Assembly: GCA_963848295.1 (NCBI GenBank) | Contig: CAWKDB010000010.1 | Span: forward strand, 832,001 to 896,000 | Origin: an uncultured delta proteobacterium | GTDB lineage: Bacteria > Myxococcota_A > Polyangia > Haliangiales > Haliangiaceae | DNA length: 64,000 nt | Direction of reading: 5' to 3' | Shown: positions 1-10,560 of the stretch, piece by piece | Layout of the letters: every line of letters begins with the position of its first letter | How positions within the stretch are numbered: position 1 is the stretch's first letter | Program-made: the position numbers and the translations under genes | The notes under the pieces: generated by a model | Databases searched by the model: none | What the model was told of the DNA's origin: nothing | The model's input: the letters and a program-made list of their open reading frames with translations, nothing else

Positions 1-60
1 TCCCCACGAAGACCATCACCGTCGACCTCGGCTATCTCGATCCGGCCACATGACGGTGGC

Positions 61-924
61 TCACCGGCGATCGGAGCCGGCGACGCTCACCGGACACGCG
101 AGGTAGTAGCCGCGGCCGGGAGCGACTGCGAGCACGGCGGCGATGCCGAGCTCGTCGAGCGCGGCGCGCAACCGGCGCACGACCTGGCGCACGTTCTCTT
201 CGTTCGCGTACTTCGATTGGAACGGTAGGTCGCGCGCGAGCTGCTTGGTCGGCACGCAACCCCGCACCGTGGACGGCGAGGTCGCCTCTTCGGCGGCGCG
301 GGCGCACAGCGCGCGCAACAGTTGAAACTCGAGTGGCGCGAGGCCGCGCTCCGACCACTCGGCCGCTCCGGCGGCGCGCGACAGCAGCGAGCCACCGGCG
401 ACGAGATCGTTGCTGCCGACGACGCATAGCTCGAGCGGTTGGGCTGCGAGGTTGTAGCGAACGAGCGCTGCCCCCGCGCTGCCGGTTGCCATCGACGGCG
501 CCGCGACCGGCTCGTGGACGACCTCGGCGAGAAACCACAACGCGACCTCGCCGATCTTGATCGCCGACCGGTTCGACAGCACGAGTCTGCCCTGCCCGCG
601 CGCGCCATCGACGAACGTGCCATTGCGGCTGCCGAGGTCGCGCAGCGTCCAGCCGGCATCGCCCACCTTGAGCTCCGCGTGCTCGCGCGACACCGAGCTC
701 GCGAGCACGACGAGCTCGCCGTCCTGGCTGCGCCCGATCATGGTCTTTTGCGCGATCGCGTGGGGAGCGCCGAAGCCATCGACGACCCACGCCGCCGCAT
801 CGGTCGGCTCGACATTCGATCGGACGTGATCGGGAATGAGTCCTTCGCACGGCGCGACTTCGAGCGCGCACGGCCTACACAAGCTCCCAACCTCCGCCGC
901 AGCACCACAGCACAGACAGGCCAT
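61..924 (-). CDS. FHA-domain transcriptional regulator with N-terminal Cys (Zn-ribbon-like) motif and C-terminal OmpR-type winged helix
   Basis: FHA motifs GRSQDGELVV..SVSREHA..DLGSRNGTFVDG; N-terminal CLCC..CRPC; C-terminal LAPLEFQLL...VRRLRAAL...APGRGYYL resembles an OmpR/EmbR wHTH. Confidence 0.8.
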   Translation of the reverse strand: MACLCCGAAAEVGSLCRPCALEVAPCEGLIPDHVRSNVEPTDAAAWVVDGFGAPHAIAQKTMIGRSQDGELVVLASSVSREHAELKVGDAGWTLRDLGSRNGTFVDGARGQGRLVLSNRSAIKIGEVALWFLAEVVHEPVAAPSMATGSAGAALVRYNLAAQPLELCVVGSNDLVAGGSLLSRAAGAAEWSERGLAPLEFQLLRALCARAAEEATSPSTVRGCVPTKQLARDLPFQSKYANEENVRQVVRRLRAALDELGIAAVLAVAPGRGYYLACPVSVAGSDRR

Positions 925-1063
925 GTTCCGGACATCGTACCGCGGCTACGGCGCCGTGCGGGCGCGGCGCACACGTTGTCAGGCCGCGCACGCCGGCCAG
1001 AACGAAAAACGCACGTGGGGCGGCATGCCTCGCACCTCATCTCGTTCTAGCCTCGCTGCGCGA

Positions 1064-1648
1064 TCACTCGTTCGGTTCGGTGACGACTTTCTCGATCCGC
1101 CGGTCGGGCAACAACCACACCGCCGCCGCGCCGACGTAGAGCGCGATCGACACCCAGTGCTCGATCCATGAAAACCCGATGCCGAGCGCGTACGCCACCG
1201 GCGACAGCTTGCCTTTGAGATCGCGCCCGACCGCACGCGCGAGCTCGGCGTCGGTACCGTCGTGGGCGATGATCGCGGTCTGCAGCAAGTAGTAGGCGCA
1301 CGCGGCGAGCAGCAGCACCGCGCCGTACAACGCGGTCGGCAGCGCCGCGCGCGGGTTCTCGCCGAGCCACGATGTCGTCACCGGGATCAGCGACAGGAAG
1401 AACAGCAACGCCAGGTTCGCCCACATGATCCTGCCGTCGACTTGCTTCGCGGCGTGCAGCATGTGGTGGTGGTTGTTCCAGTAGATCCCGACGTAAACGA
1501 AGCTCAGGACGTAGCCGAGGAACACCGGTACGACCGGCGTAAGCGCATGGAGGTCGGCGCCGTGCGGAACTTTGATCTCCAGCACCATGATCGTGATGAT
1601 CACCGCCATGACGCCGTCGGAGAACGCTTCGAGCCGAGCCGTGCCCAC
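1064..1648 (-). CDS. TMEM175 family potassium channel (DUF1211)
   Basis: RLEAFSDGVMAVIITIM signature, YWNNHH motif, multiple hydrophobic helices. Confidence 0.92.
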   Translation of the reverse strand: MGTARLEAFSDGVMAVIITIMVLEIKVPHGADLHALTPVVPVFLGYVLSFVYVGIYWNNHHHMLHAAKQVDGRIMWANLALLFFLSLIPVTTSWLGENPRAALPTALYGAVLLLAACAYYLLQTAIIAHDGTDAELARAVGRDLKGKLSPVAYALGIGFSWIEHWVSIALYVGAAAVWLLPDRRIEKVVTEPNE

Positions 1649-1739
1649 GCGGCATCCTACCTCGACCGTGGCATGTTAACGTTTCGGCGCCCGCCGACGC
1701 CCGGGCCCGGCGGTCGGGATCGAGAGACAGGATCTGTTC

Positions 1740-2774
1740 ATGGTGCCTCGCCGACGCGACATCACGCTTCACCGCCGGCTGTTGCCGTTCGCGGTAGGCG
1801 CGGTCGTGTGCGTCGCGGCGCTCGCATCGGCGGCCAAGCCAGCACACACGTTCGATGTCGTGACATACACGCCGCCGGACGGCTTCGCGGTCGACGAGAG
1901 CCAGAAGGATCACGTCCTGATCTCGAAGATGGCCGCGAAGACCTACTGCCTGATCGGCATCTACGAATCGACGCCGGCGAGCGTCGATCTCGACGCGAGC
2001 TTCGCTGCGGAGTGGTCGAATGTCGTCACCCACACGATCGATCCGGTCGACGCCCCGAAACCGAATCACACCGATGTCGGCAAGGCGCACGCGGCGGTCG
2101 GCAGCGCGACCAGCACGGCCAGCGGCCGTCCGGTGTTCGGTCAGCTCACGACGATCGACGCCGGGACACGCGTCGTCTCGATCCTCGCGCTCGCGCCGAC
2201 CTCGACAGAGTTCGAGCGGTGCTCGCCGCACCTCGCGACGTTGCTGAAGAGTCTCGTGATCAAGCGAGTCGAGGCGGGATCGGGCTCCGCGCCGGCTAGC
2301 GACGCGGTCGAGATCGACAACCTGCCCGCGCCCGCGCACCCGCTGACGCTCGACGATGTCGTCGGTGATTGGAAGCGCGGCGTCGACGCGACGACACACC
2401 TCGCCGAGATCAAGGCCGGTGCGTACACCGGGTTCGATGCGATGGTCGCGAACCAGAAGTGGTCGATCAGCGGCAAGGGCGTCGTCGATACCGAGTTTCG
2501 CGGGACGAACGCCACCGGCACCAAGCCGGTGATCGAGAAACACACCGCGCTGTTCAGCGTCACCGACGACGGCGAGATCTCGATCCAGTTCAAGCGCGGC
2601 GAAGGCACCGAGGAGCACTACCTGATCCGGGGTTGGCTCGTCACGCGCGACCTCACCGTGCTCCAGGTCGACGGCCCGTACGGTAAGGGCGGCATCCCCG
2701 ACGACGTGCGCAAGCATCCGAGCGCTGTCACGAACGAGTACTGGCTGCGCAAGACCCCGGCAAAGTCGAACTGA
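1740..2774 (+). CDS. Hypothetical secreted protein
   Basis: Signal-peptide-like N-terminus (LLPFAVGAVVCVAALASA); host-like codon usage; 1 bp gap to the kinase gene. Confidence 0.7.
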   Translation: MVPRRRDITLHRRLLPFAVGAVVCVAALASAAKPAHTFDVVTYTPPDGFAVDESQKDHVLISKMAAKTYCLIGIYESTPASVDLDASFAAEWSNVVTHTIDPVDAPKPNHTDVGKAHAAVGSATSTASGRPVFGQLTTIDAGTRVVSILALAPTSTEFERCSPHLATLLKSLVIKRVEAGSGSAPASDAVEIDNLPAPAHPLTLDDVVGDWKRGVDATTHLAEIKAGAYTGFDAMVANQKWSISGKGVVDTEFRGTNATGTKPVIEKHTALFSVTDDGEISIQFKRGEGTEEHYLIRGWLVTRDLTVLQVDGPYGKGGIPDDVRKHPSAVTNEYWLRKTPAKSN

Positions 2775-2775
2775 C

Positions 2776-4347
2776 GTGGTCGGCGTCGGCGACCTCATCG
2801 GCGGCAAGTTTCGGGTCGATGCCGTGCTCGGCGCCGGTGGCATGGGCATCGTCGTCGCGGCGAGTCACCTGGAGCTCGGTCACCGCGTCGCGATCAAGTT
2901 CCTGCGCGACGAGATGCTGCAAAACCATACCGTCGTCGAGCGGTTCCTGCGCGAGGCGCGATCGGTGGTCAACCTCAAGACCGAGCACGTGTGTCGCGTC
3001 ACCGATGTCGGTCGCTTCGACAGCGGCGCGCCGTACATCGTGATGGAGCTGCTCGAAGGTGCGGATCTCGCGCGCGTGGTCGCGACGAAGCCGCTGCCGA
3101 TGACGACCGCGGTCGAGTACGTCTTGCAAGCGCTGGTCGCGCTCGCCGAGGCGCACACCGCCGGCATCGTGCATCGCGATCTCAAGCCGGCGAACCTGTT
3201 CGTGACTCGCCGGCTCGACGGAGGCCCGCTGATCAAGGTGCTCGACTTCGGCATCGCGAAGGCGATGGCCGAGACCGGCGCGCAGCTCACGCTCGGTCAA
3301 GGCGCGATGGGCTCCCCGGGGTTCATGTCGCCGGAGCAGTTGCAGTCGCCGCGCGATGTCGACCTCCGGACCGACATCTGGGCGATCGGCGCGACGCTGT
3401 ACCAGCTGTTGTCGGCGCGCATGCCGTATCCGGCCGCGACGCTGACCGAGATCGCGATCCGGATCGCGTCGGAGCCACCCGATCCGCTCGACGTGCCGCC
3501 CGAGTTGCGCTCGATCGTGTTTCGCTGCCTCGACAAGACGCCAGACCAGCGCTACCCGGACGTCGCCGCGCTCGCCGCCGCGCTCGTGCCGTTCGGTGGC
3601 CCGTCGGCGCGTCGGATCGCGACGACCGTGGGCCAGCTCGCGAATCGCCCGCTGGTCCTGCCTCCGATCCCGGCGACGCCATCGCACGTCCGGCGCGATG
3701 CCCCGACCGCGGCTTCGAGGATCGCCGAGACCGTCCCGCAGCCGCGCAAGACCGGTCGCGGTTGGCTCGTCGTGCTCGCGGTGCTCCTCGCTGCGGGAGC
3801 CGGCGCACTCGCCGTCGCGCTCGCGACTCGGACCGCGACGTCGCATCCCGACGGTGGGCTCGTCGCGATCGCGGTCGAGCGCGACGCGCCGCCGCCGCAA
3901 GTCGACGCCACGACCGGCGCGAAGATGACCGCCGGACCGACCGACGCCGCTACAGACCTCCCCGACCTCGGCGACGACGACCTGCTCGACCAGACGGTCG
4001 CCGGTCAGATCGACCAGGCGCTGTCCGGTGAAGCGCCCGCCGACGCAGGCAAGCCCGGCGTCCCTGCGACCCCGCAGATGGACGCGAAACAGATGAAAGC
4101 GTTCGCAGCCTCGGCTCAACGCTCGGCGATCGAGATGGCGAAGATCCAATGCGCGCAGATCCAGACGCCGCAATTCGCGCAGATGATGAAGTCGTACGGC
4201 AAGCAGTTGCTGCAGATCCAAGGGATGTGCGCATGCGTCTCCGGCAATGCCACCACCGCGCGGACGCTGTACGCGAAGATGACGAGAGCAAGCGACAAGC
4301 AGTCGCTGGCCACCTTGTGCAAACAGACCGGGATCACGCTGCCATGA
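2776..4347 (+). CDS. Membrane-anchored Hanks-type Ser/Thr protein kinase
   Basis: GAGGMG, VAIK, HRDLKPAN, DFG, SPE motifs; TM segment GWLVVLAVLLAAG; Cys-containing C-terminal domain. Confidence 0.95.
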   Translation: MVGVGDLIGGKFRVDAVLGAGGMGIVVAASHLELGHRVAIKFLRDEMLQNHTVVERFLREARSVVNLKTEHVCRVTDVGRFDSGAPYIVMELLEGADLARVVATKPLPMTTAVEYVLQALVALAEAHTAGIVHRDLKPANLFVTRRLDGGPLIKVLDFGIAKAMAETGAQLTLGQGAMGSPGFMSPEQLQSPRDVDLRTDIWAIGATLYQLLSARMPYPAATLTEIAIRIASEPPDPLDVPPELRSIVFRCLDKTPDQRYPDVAALAAALVPFGGPSARRIATTVGQLANRPLVLPPIPATPSHVRRDAPTAASRIAETVPQPRKTGRGWLVVLAVLLAAGAGALAVALATRTATSHPDGGLVAIAVERDAPPPQVDATTGAKMTAGPTDAATDLPDLGDDDLLDQTVAGQIDQALSGEAPADAGKPGVPATPQMDAKQMKAFAASAQRSAIEMAKIQCAQIQTPQFAQMMKSYGKQLLQIQGMCACVSGNATTARTLYAKMTRASDKQSLATLCKQTGITLP

Positions 4348-4502
4348 TCAAGAACCTGATGGTCGCGCTAGCAGTCGCTGCCGCTGCGTGTCACTCGAGC
4401 TCGAGCTCGCCGCCGGGACCTCCGACGATCGACCTCCCCGGCGCGGCGAACGCCGGCAAAGGTGCGCCCGATCGGCTGCACGTCATCCCGCTCGCTATTT
4501 GA
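4344..4502 (+). CDS. 52-aa lipoprotein-like ORF, possibly a truncated remnant
   Basis: ATGA overlap with the kinase stop; MIKNLMVALAVAAAAC signal peptide ending in Cys. Confidence 0.45.
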   Translation: MIKNLMVALAVAAAACHSSSSSPPGPPTIDLPGAANAGKGAPDRLHVIPLAI

Positions 4503-6117
4503 CCCTCGCGCCGAGCACCCACGATGGCAGCGCGGCCGACTTGTTCGGCCAGATCGCGAGCACGTCGGCCCCTTTGCCTCGGTCCTTGTCGCGCTTGGTC
4601 GCCCGTTGGTTCTGGCTGTCCGTCGACGTGAACACGACGCCGGGCTTGAGCTCCTTCGCGTAGTCCTTGCTGATCTTGAAGTCGGTCCACGTCGTGTCGT
4701 GCGTGACGACGGCCCACTTGTCACAGATCAGCTCGTACTGGACGCTACCGCTCGACGTGATCGACTCGACGTGCGAGCCGTGATGCTCCTTGACGCAATC
4801 GTTCTGCTTCATCGTCGTCTTCTGGAGCGCGACGATGATCTCGCCGTCCTTGCCCGGCTTGACCGACTTGACCACGCCGCCCGCGGTCGATACCGCGCCG
4901 CCCGAGAAAACGTACGGCCGCGCTCCGAACGACGGGAAGTGCAGCTTGCCGGCATCGAGGTCGTCGAACTTGAAGTCCGCCTTCATCAGCGCCGCCATCG
5001 AAGCGTTACGCGGTCCGCGCTGGCCGGGGACGTTTTGCAAGAACGAGGCGAGAAACGAGCCCGACGGGCGATCGTAGTTGCACAGCACGTACGCGATCGC
5101 CGAGAGGTTGACTTTAGGAATCGAGACCAGCGTCGGACCGGCCTTGGAGCCGAAGCCCTTGAACGGATCGTCGCGCACGTCGTGCATGTCGGCAAACGCC
5201 TTCGCGGGCAACGTCGCGATCGCGTCGGCGAGCGCCGCCTGCGTCTGGTCCTCGCAGCCATCGAGCAGCTTGCGCGAGTGGAACACGGTGCCCGAATCCA
5301 TCTGGAGCGTCAGATCGAGCAGCTTGCCACTCGTGCCGATCGTCTTCTCCCACTCATCCCGCGCCTTCGCGGTGATGGCGAACATCTTCTTGTACTCGTC
5401 GTCGGCCTTGATCAGCTTGAACTTCGCGTCGGTCCACGCCTTGAGCAGCTCGGGATACTCCATCACGGCACGCCAGCGCAGCATCATCTTGATCTCGCCG
5501 GTGTGCTGGGAATCCGCCCGCACCTCCTCGCTGAGCTTCGCCGGGTCGAACGCGTCGACGTCGCCTTGGCAGATCGCCATCTTCGTGGCGTCGTCCTGAA
5601 CGTGCGCGACGTTCTCGCCTTGGAAGCAGTAACTGGTGAGCAGCGCGAGCCGACCGGTCTGCGACAGGCGCGCGCCAAACGCATCGGCGAGGTAGAGCGG
5701 GTCGATCGCACCCGACGAGCCGTTGACACCCGGGAACCCGTCGACGATCGCCTTGTACTGGTCGATCGGGGTGAAGTCCTTGAGGTTCTTCGTCGAGAAA
5801 TCGGCCTTGCCCTCCTGATGACCGTTGACCCACGCCGGCGTATCCGCCCAGTCGGCATCGGTCATGAACAGCTTCTTGCCCCAGGCCTGGCGCGCCTTCT
5901 CGACATCCGCTCGGTGCGGCTCGATGTCAGGATTGTTCGAGCACAGCACGGTGACGATCGCGTGCACCACATCCTCTTGACGATCCGAGCTGAGCCGGCG
6001 CAGATCCTCGCCGTTCGCATCGAACTTCGCGCCGCCGCACCATGCCGGTCCCGCGACCGCAGGCCGAGCCGCTCCGAATAACGCCAGCGCACCTGTGACT
6101 ACAACGACGAGCTTCAT
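4495..6117 (-). CDS. Hypothetical secreted protein (~540 aa)
   Basis: GGGGAGG Shine-Dalgarno before MKLVVVV; signal peptide ending AVA; typical codon usage. Confidence 0.8.
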   Translation of the reverse strand: MKLVVVVTGALALFGAARPAVAGPAWCGGAKFDANGEDLRRLSSDRQEDVVHAIVTVLCSNNPDIEPHRADVEKARQAWGKKLFMTDADWADTPAWVNGHQEGKADFSTKNLKDFTPIDQYKAIVDGFPGVNGSSGAIDPLYLADAFGARLSQTGRLALLTSYCFQGENVAHVQDDATKMAICQGDVDAFDPAKLSEEVRADSQHTGEIKMMLRWRAVMEYPELLKAWTDAKFKLIKADDEYKKMFAITAKARDEWEKTIGTSGKLLDLTLQMDSGTVFHSRKLLDGCEDQTQAALADAIATLPAKAFADMHDVRDDPFKGFGSKAGPTLVSIPKVNLSAIAYVLCNYDRPSGSFLASFLQNVPGQRGPRNASMAALMKADFKFDDLDAGKLHFPSFGARPYVFSGGAVSTAGGVVKSVKPGKDGEIIVALQKTTMKQNDCVKEHHGSHVESITSSGSVQYELICDKWAVVTHDTTWTDFKISKDYAKELKPGVVFTSTDSQNQRATKRDKDRGKGADVLAIWPNKSAALPSWVLGARVK

Positions 6118-6231
6118 CAACGCAGACCTCCCCAATGAAGCGCTACGCTACCGAATCCCGACGAGCAAAGTCAACGCGACGAACCGCAGCGCTTGTACGC
6201 GGGCGACAGGCGCGAGACGCTAGCGCACGCA

Positions 6232-7146
6232 ATGGTCCCGGATCCGACTGGGGGCGATCCACTCGATACCGAGGGCGGTCGGGCCGTCGCGGTCGATGTC
6301 GTCGATCTGCTCGAATCCGAGCTCGTGCGGTTCTGTCATCGCGTCCGCCACGACTACGCGATCTCGCTCGATCGCGCGCGCGCCGCGCTTGTCTTGCTGA
6401 CGAAGCTCGTCGCCGCCGGCGTGCAGTGGAACGCGAGCGCGGACTCCGCACCGCGCCAGATCTTCGATCGATTCATCGAGCTCATCACGCGCGCGGAGGC
6501 GACGTGGCCGCCGGGCCTCGCCGAGGCGCTGCACGCGGAGCTCGCCGAGTTCATCGCGGTCACCTCGAGCGTCGCGGTCGCCGCGCCACCCGAGCGGCCT
6601 TCGTTCTCCGAGCTCGTGCGCGATTCCGGGGCCGCGCCCGATGCTTGGTGGTGGGCGAGCCAGTTCGACGATCTCGGCGCGGCGTGGCAGGCGGCATCGC
6701 CTTCGAGTGAACGCTTGATCGAGATCGCGTTCGCGCTCGGCGTCTCCGGGGATGCGGTCGGCCGCTCGCTCGCCGGTGCTCTCGCCGTAGGAGCCGGGCG
6801 CGCGAAGACCAAGCGCACGGCACAGCGCAAGGATCTGGTCACGCTGCTCGGCCGGCTGCAGACCGCGGGCGTCGACGCGCTGGTCAGCGACGGCGGATCG
6901 ATCTCCAAGGTCACCGCGCTCGCGTTCGAGATGATGGCGACCCAAGAGCGCGACGGCATCGCGGAGCTCGCATTGCTGGCGTTTCAACTGATCGAGCTGT
7001 TCCGGATCACGAACCAAACGCCCGATCCCGAACGCTACTGCGACCTCGCTTCGCGCGCGCAGCGGATCCTGATCGGCCAGGGCGTCCAGCTCGCCGGCTG
7101 TCTCAAACGCGATCTCGAGCCCGCGGTCGTCGAGGCGGCGCGATAA
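6232..7146 (+). CDS. Hypothetical protein
   Basis: Helical globular-looking ORF in the host-biased frame; start uncertain (6193 or 6232). Confidence 0.65.
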   Translation: MVPDPTGGDPLDTEGGRAVAVDVVDLLESELVRFCHRVRHDYAISLDRARAALVLLTKLVAAGVQWNASADSAPRQIFDRFIELITRAEATWPPGLAEALHAELAEFIAVTSSVAVAAPPERPSFSELVRDSGAAPDAWWWASQFDDLGAAWQAASPSSERLIEIAFALGVSGDAVGRSLAGALAVGAGRAKTKRTAQRKDLVTLLGRLQTAGVDALVSDGGSISKVTALAFEMMATQERDGIAELALLAFQLIELFRITNQTPDPERYCDLASRAQRILIGQGVQLAGCLKRDLEPAVVEAAR

Positions 7147-7198
7147 CATCGTCGGGGAGGTTTGCGCTTTCGCCAGCTCGTGCGAAAACTTACGGCTG

Positions 7199-8476
7199 AT
7201 GCGTCCTCGGCTCCGCGCCGTGGTTACTCGGGTCGGCTCGCTGCTTCGCAGGGTCGCGCGCCGGCTCGCGATCGTGCCGCTTCGGCTGCGCGGCATCGCG
7301 TTGCTCGGCGCGGGAGCGATCGTGACGTTCTGGATCGGCCGGAGCGAGGCCGACTACGTGTTGTACCCGGCCGGGATCACGGCGATGGCGCTCGTCGCCG
7401 TGTGCGCGGTGTGCGTCACCGCCGGGGCGATTCGCGTCCGGATCGCGCTGCGCGGGCTCCAGGCGAAGATGCCACCGGAGCTCGAGACCCGCGCGGCGAT
7501 GCACACCGGCTTCCAGTTCCCGCGGCTCGCGCTGTGGCCGATGGTCGACATCTCGCTCGCGTGGGACGCGCCCGCGAACATCGACGTCACGCTCGAGCCG
7601 GCCCGCGGCAAATGGCAAGAGGTCATCACCGCGCGCGGTCGCGGCCGCTACACCCAGGTCGTCCGCCGGTTCACGATCGAGGACATCCTCGGGCTCACGG
7701 CGATCAGCTTTTCGATGACGTGGAACGAGCCGCTGCGGATCGCGCCGCAGAGCGCCGCGTCGGGCGCCGAGCTCGCGCTCGCCTACGGCCAAGGCGATGC
7801 GTTCTCGCACCCGTCGGGCCGGCTCGAAGGCGACCTCGTCGAGATGCGGCAATACGGCCACGGCGATCCGATGCGCCACATCTTGTGGAAGACGTTCGCG
7901 CGATCGCGTCGCCTGCTCGTGCGCATGCCCGAGCGCGCCGTCGCGCCGCGGCCGACGACGGTCGCGTTCTTGATCGCCGGCCCGGGTGACGAGCCGACGT
8001 GCGCGACCGCGCGGCTCTACCTCGAGCGCGACGTGTTCGGCCGCGACGTCGAGTTCTGGGCCGACGGCGCGACGACGCCAGCGCGCAACGCGCCCGCCGC
8101 GATCGAGCAGATCATCGATTCGGCCGCCGCCGCGACGGACAGCGGCGCGGTGCTCGAGACTCAAGCCGCGCAAGCCGATCGCGCTCGGCTCGGCGCCTGC
8201 GTCGTGTTCGCACCCGCGGTCGATGGCCCGTGGCGCGAGCGCGTCGTCGCGTTCTCGACCCAGCTACCCGCGCCGCCCACCGTGATCATCGGCGTCGACG
8301 GCGAGCCGCCGCCGAGCGTGCGGCGGTTGATCTACCGCGTCCTCATCGGCGATCGCCGCATCATCGATCCCGATTCGCGCGCGCTCGCCGGCGTGCCGAA
8401 GCTGCGGGCCGCGCTCGAAGAGAATGGGATGCGCGTCCACGTCATCCATCGCTCGTCGGGAGCGCAGCTGCCATGA
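7199..8476 (+). CDS. DUF58 domain membrane protein
   Basis: EMRQYGHGDPMRHILWKTFARSRRLLVR DUF58 signature; two N-terminal TM helices; next to MoxR. Confidence 0.88.
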   Translation: MRPRLRAVVTRVGSLLRRVARRLAIVPLRLRGIALLGAGAIVTFWIGRSEADYVLYPAGITAMALVAVCAVCVTAGAIRVRIALRGLQAKMPPELETRAAMHTGFQFPRLALWPMVDISLAWDAPANIDVTLEPARGKWQEVITARGRGRYTQVVRRFTIEDILGLTAISFSMTWNEPLRIAPQSAASGAELALAYGQGDAFSHPSGRLEGDLVEMRQYGHGDPMRHILWKTFARSRRLLVRMPERAVAPRPTTVAFLIAGPGDEPTCATARLYLERDVFGRDVEFWADGATTPARNAPAAIEQIIDSAAAATDSGAVLETQAAQADRARLGACVVFAPAVDGPWRERVVAFSTQLPAPPTVIIGVDGEPPPSVRRLIYRVLIGDRRIIDPDSRALAGVPKLRAALEENGMRVHVIHRSSGAQLP

Positions 8477-10539
8477 CCAGCACCGTGCGCGAGTCGCTGA
8501 CGCTCGTGATCGTGAAGTCGCTCGTCGCGGCGGCCGGCGTGTGCCTGTTCGCCTATCCGCTCGCGACGCGCGCGGGCTTGATCGCGGGTGCTCTCGGCAC
8601 GGTCGCCGGCTACCTCGCGGCGCGCTACGCACACCTGCGCGGGGTGCGCGTCCCGGTCGGGCTCGCGATCGCCGGCCTGCTCGGGTTGATCGCCCGGTTC
8701 GGCGGTCAGTTGCTGCTCGACCATCCGCTCGGCGAGCTGGCGAACGGGCTGTCGATCGCGGACGCGGTGTTCTACGGCATCGGCGCGCTCGCGCTGTTCG
8801 TCGGCATTCGCACGTTGTCGCAACGCTGGCGCGGGTTCGCGGTGCTCGAGCTCGCGGTCGTCGTCGGTGCGGTCGCGCGGACGTTCGCGGCGCATCGTCA
8901 TCATCACATCACCGAGCCGCGGTTCCTCACCGACTGGGCGTGGTCGCACGGCATCGATCCTTCGCTCGTGCTGCAAGGCGCGGGCATCGCCGGCGTCGTC
9001 GTCGCATCGGTCCTGCTGCTCGATCTGCGGCGCGCGTCGAAGCTCGCGGTATCGCTGTTGTTCCTCGCGGTCGCCGGCATCGGCGCGTACTTCTTGCTCG
9101 AGAACGTCCGGATCGACAGCGAGCCCGATACGAACGGCATCGGCCTCGGCAAGAACAACAAGAACGACAAGGACAACAACAATAAGGACAAGTCGAAGGC
9201 CGGCGGCAAGCCTGATCCGGTCGCGGTCGTGGTGCTGCGCGACGAGCTGCCCGACGCCGACATCCTGTACTTCCGCCAGACCGCGCTGTCCACGTTCGCG
9301 GTCGACCGGCTCGAAGAGGACACGACCGGCAGGTACGACAAGGATCTGATTCGCTCGTTCCCCTCGACCGCGCCGATCAAGGTCGAGTCGCCGCAGGATC
9401 CGTTGCTGCATCGCGTGCTCCACACGTCGGTGTATCTGCTCGTCGATCACGCTCAGCCGTTCGGCTTGGGCCATCCGTTCGAGGTCCGCTCGCTCGATAA
9501 CCCGAGCCCGCGTCAGTTCGTCGCCGCGTACGACGTCGATTCGTACTTCCTCGATCAAGACATCGGCCGGTTCGCCGGGCGGACCGCTGGCTCGGCGAAG
9601 TGGACCGAGGACGAGCGCGCGCACTACCTCGCGATGCCGAGCGATCCGCGCTACCGCAAGCTGTCGAACGACATCGTGCGCGACATGGATCCGCGGTTCG
9701 TCGGCGACGATCTGATGAAGGCGCTCGCGCTCAAGCGCTATCTCGAGAAGAACGGGTTTTACTCGTTGTCGCAGAAGACGTTGGTCGGCAAGGATCCGAC
9801 CGCGAAGTTCCTGTTCGGCGACATGAAGGGCTATTGCGTGCACTTCGCGCATGCGATGGTGTTCCTGCTGCGCAGTCAAGGCATCCCGGCTCGGGTCGCG
9901 CTCGGCTATGCCGTTCAGACGCGCCAGCACGGCGCCGGCTCGTCGGTGTTGATCCTCGGCAACGACGCGCACGCGTGGCCCGAGCTCTACCTCGACGGCG
10001 TCGGCTGGGTGACGTTCGACGTCTACCCCGAGCACTCCGACGAGCCACCCGCGGCGCCGATCGACGGCGACCTCGAGAGCATGCTCGGCGAGCTCGCGCG
10101 CAAGGACAAGACCGGCGGCAAGGCCGGCGATCCGAACACGCGGCTCGTGATCCCGTGGCTCCTGATGCTCGGATCGCTCGCGAGCTTCGCCGGCGGCGCG
10201 CTGATCGCGGCGTATGCGATGAAGCTCGGGCGACGGATGCGGCGGTCGTCGCATCGCCTCGTCTACCGCGGCTTGCTCGACCGGCTGAGCGACCTCGGCC
10301 TCGGGCGCGAGACCGGCGAGACGCGCGAGAAACATGCGGCTCGCATCGCCGAGATCGCCCCGAGCTTCGTGCCGCTCACGAATTCGCACCTGCGGACCGC
10401 GCTCGGCAACCACGAAGAGCCGCTCCCGCGCGTGATCGAGCTCGCCGCCAAGACGCGGGGCGAGCTTCGCCACAACACGTCGTTGCTGCGGCGCCTGCGG
10501 GCCGCGATCCACCCGCTCGGGTGGTGGTTCACCCGGTAA
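8473..10539 (+). CDS. Membrane-bound transglutaminase-like protein (TgpA-like)
   Basis: Multi-TM N-terminus; Cys-His-Asp triad GYCVHFA / DAHAWPELY / WVTFD; ATGA overlap with the DUF58 stop. Confidence 0.88.
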   Translation: MTSTVRESLTLVIVKSLVAAAGVCLFAYPLATRAGLIAGALGTVAGYLAARYAHLRGVRVPVGLAIAGLLGLIARFGGQLLLDHPLGELANGLSIADAVFYGIGALALFVGIRTLSQRWRGFAVLELAVVVGAVARTFAAHRHHHITEPRFLTDWAWSHGIDPSLVLQGAGIAGVVVASVLLLDLRRASKLAVSLLFLAVAGIGAYFLLENVRIDSEPDTNGIGLGKNNKNDKDNNNKDKSKAGGKPDPVAVVVLRDELPDADILYFRQTALSTFAVDRLEEDTTGRYDKDLIRSFPSTAPIKVESPQDPLLHRVLHTSVYLLVDHAQPFGLGHPFEVRSLDNPSPRQFVAAYDVDSYFLDQDIGRFAGRTAGSAKWTEDERAHYLAMPSDPRYRKLSNDIVRDMDPRFVGDDLMKALALKRYLEKNGFYSLSQKTLVGKDPTAKFLFGDMKGYCVHFAHAMVFLLRSQGIPARVALGYAVQTRQHGAGSSVLILGNDAHAWPELYLDGVGWVTFDVYPEHSDEPPAAPIDGDLESMLGELARKDKTGGKAGDPNTRLVIPWLLMLGSLASFAGGALIAAYAMKLGRRMRRSSHRLVYRGLLDRLSDLGLGRETGETREKHAARIAEIAPSFVPLTNSHLRTALGNHEEPLPRVIELAAKTRGELRHNTSLLRRLRAAIHPLGWWFTR

Positions 10540-10560
10540 GCTACGCTTAGGAGAGTCAGC

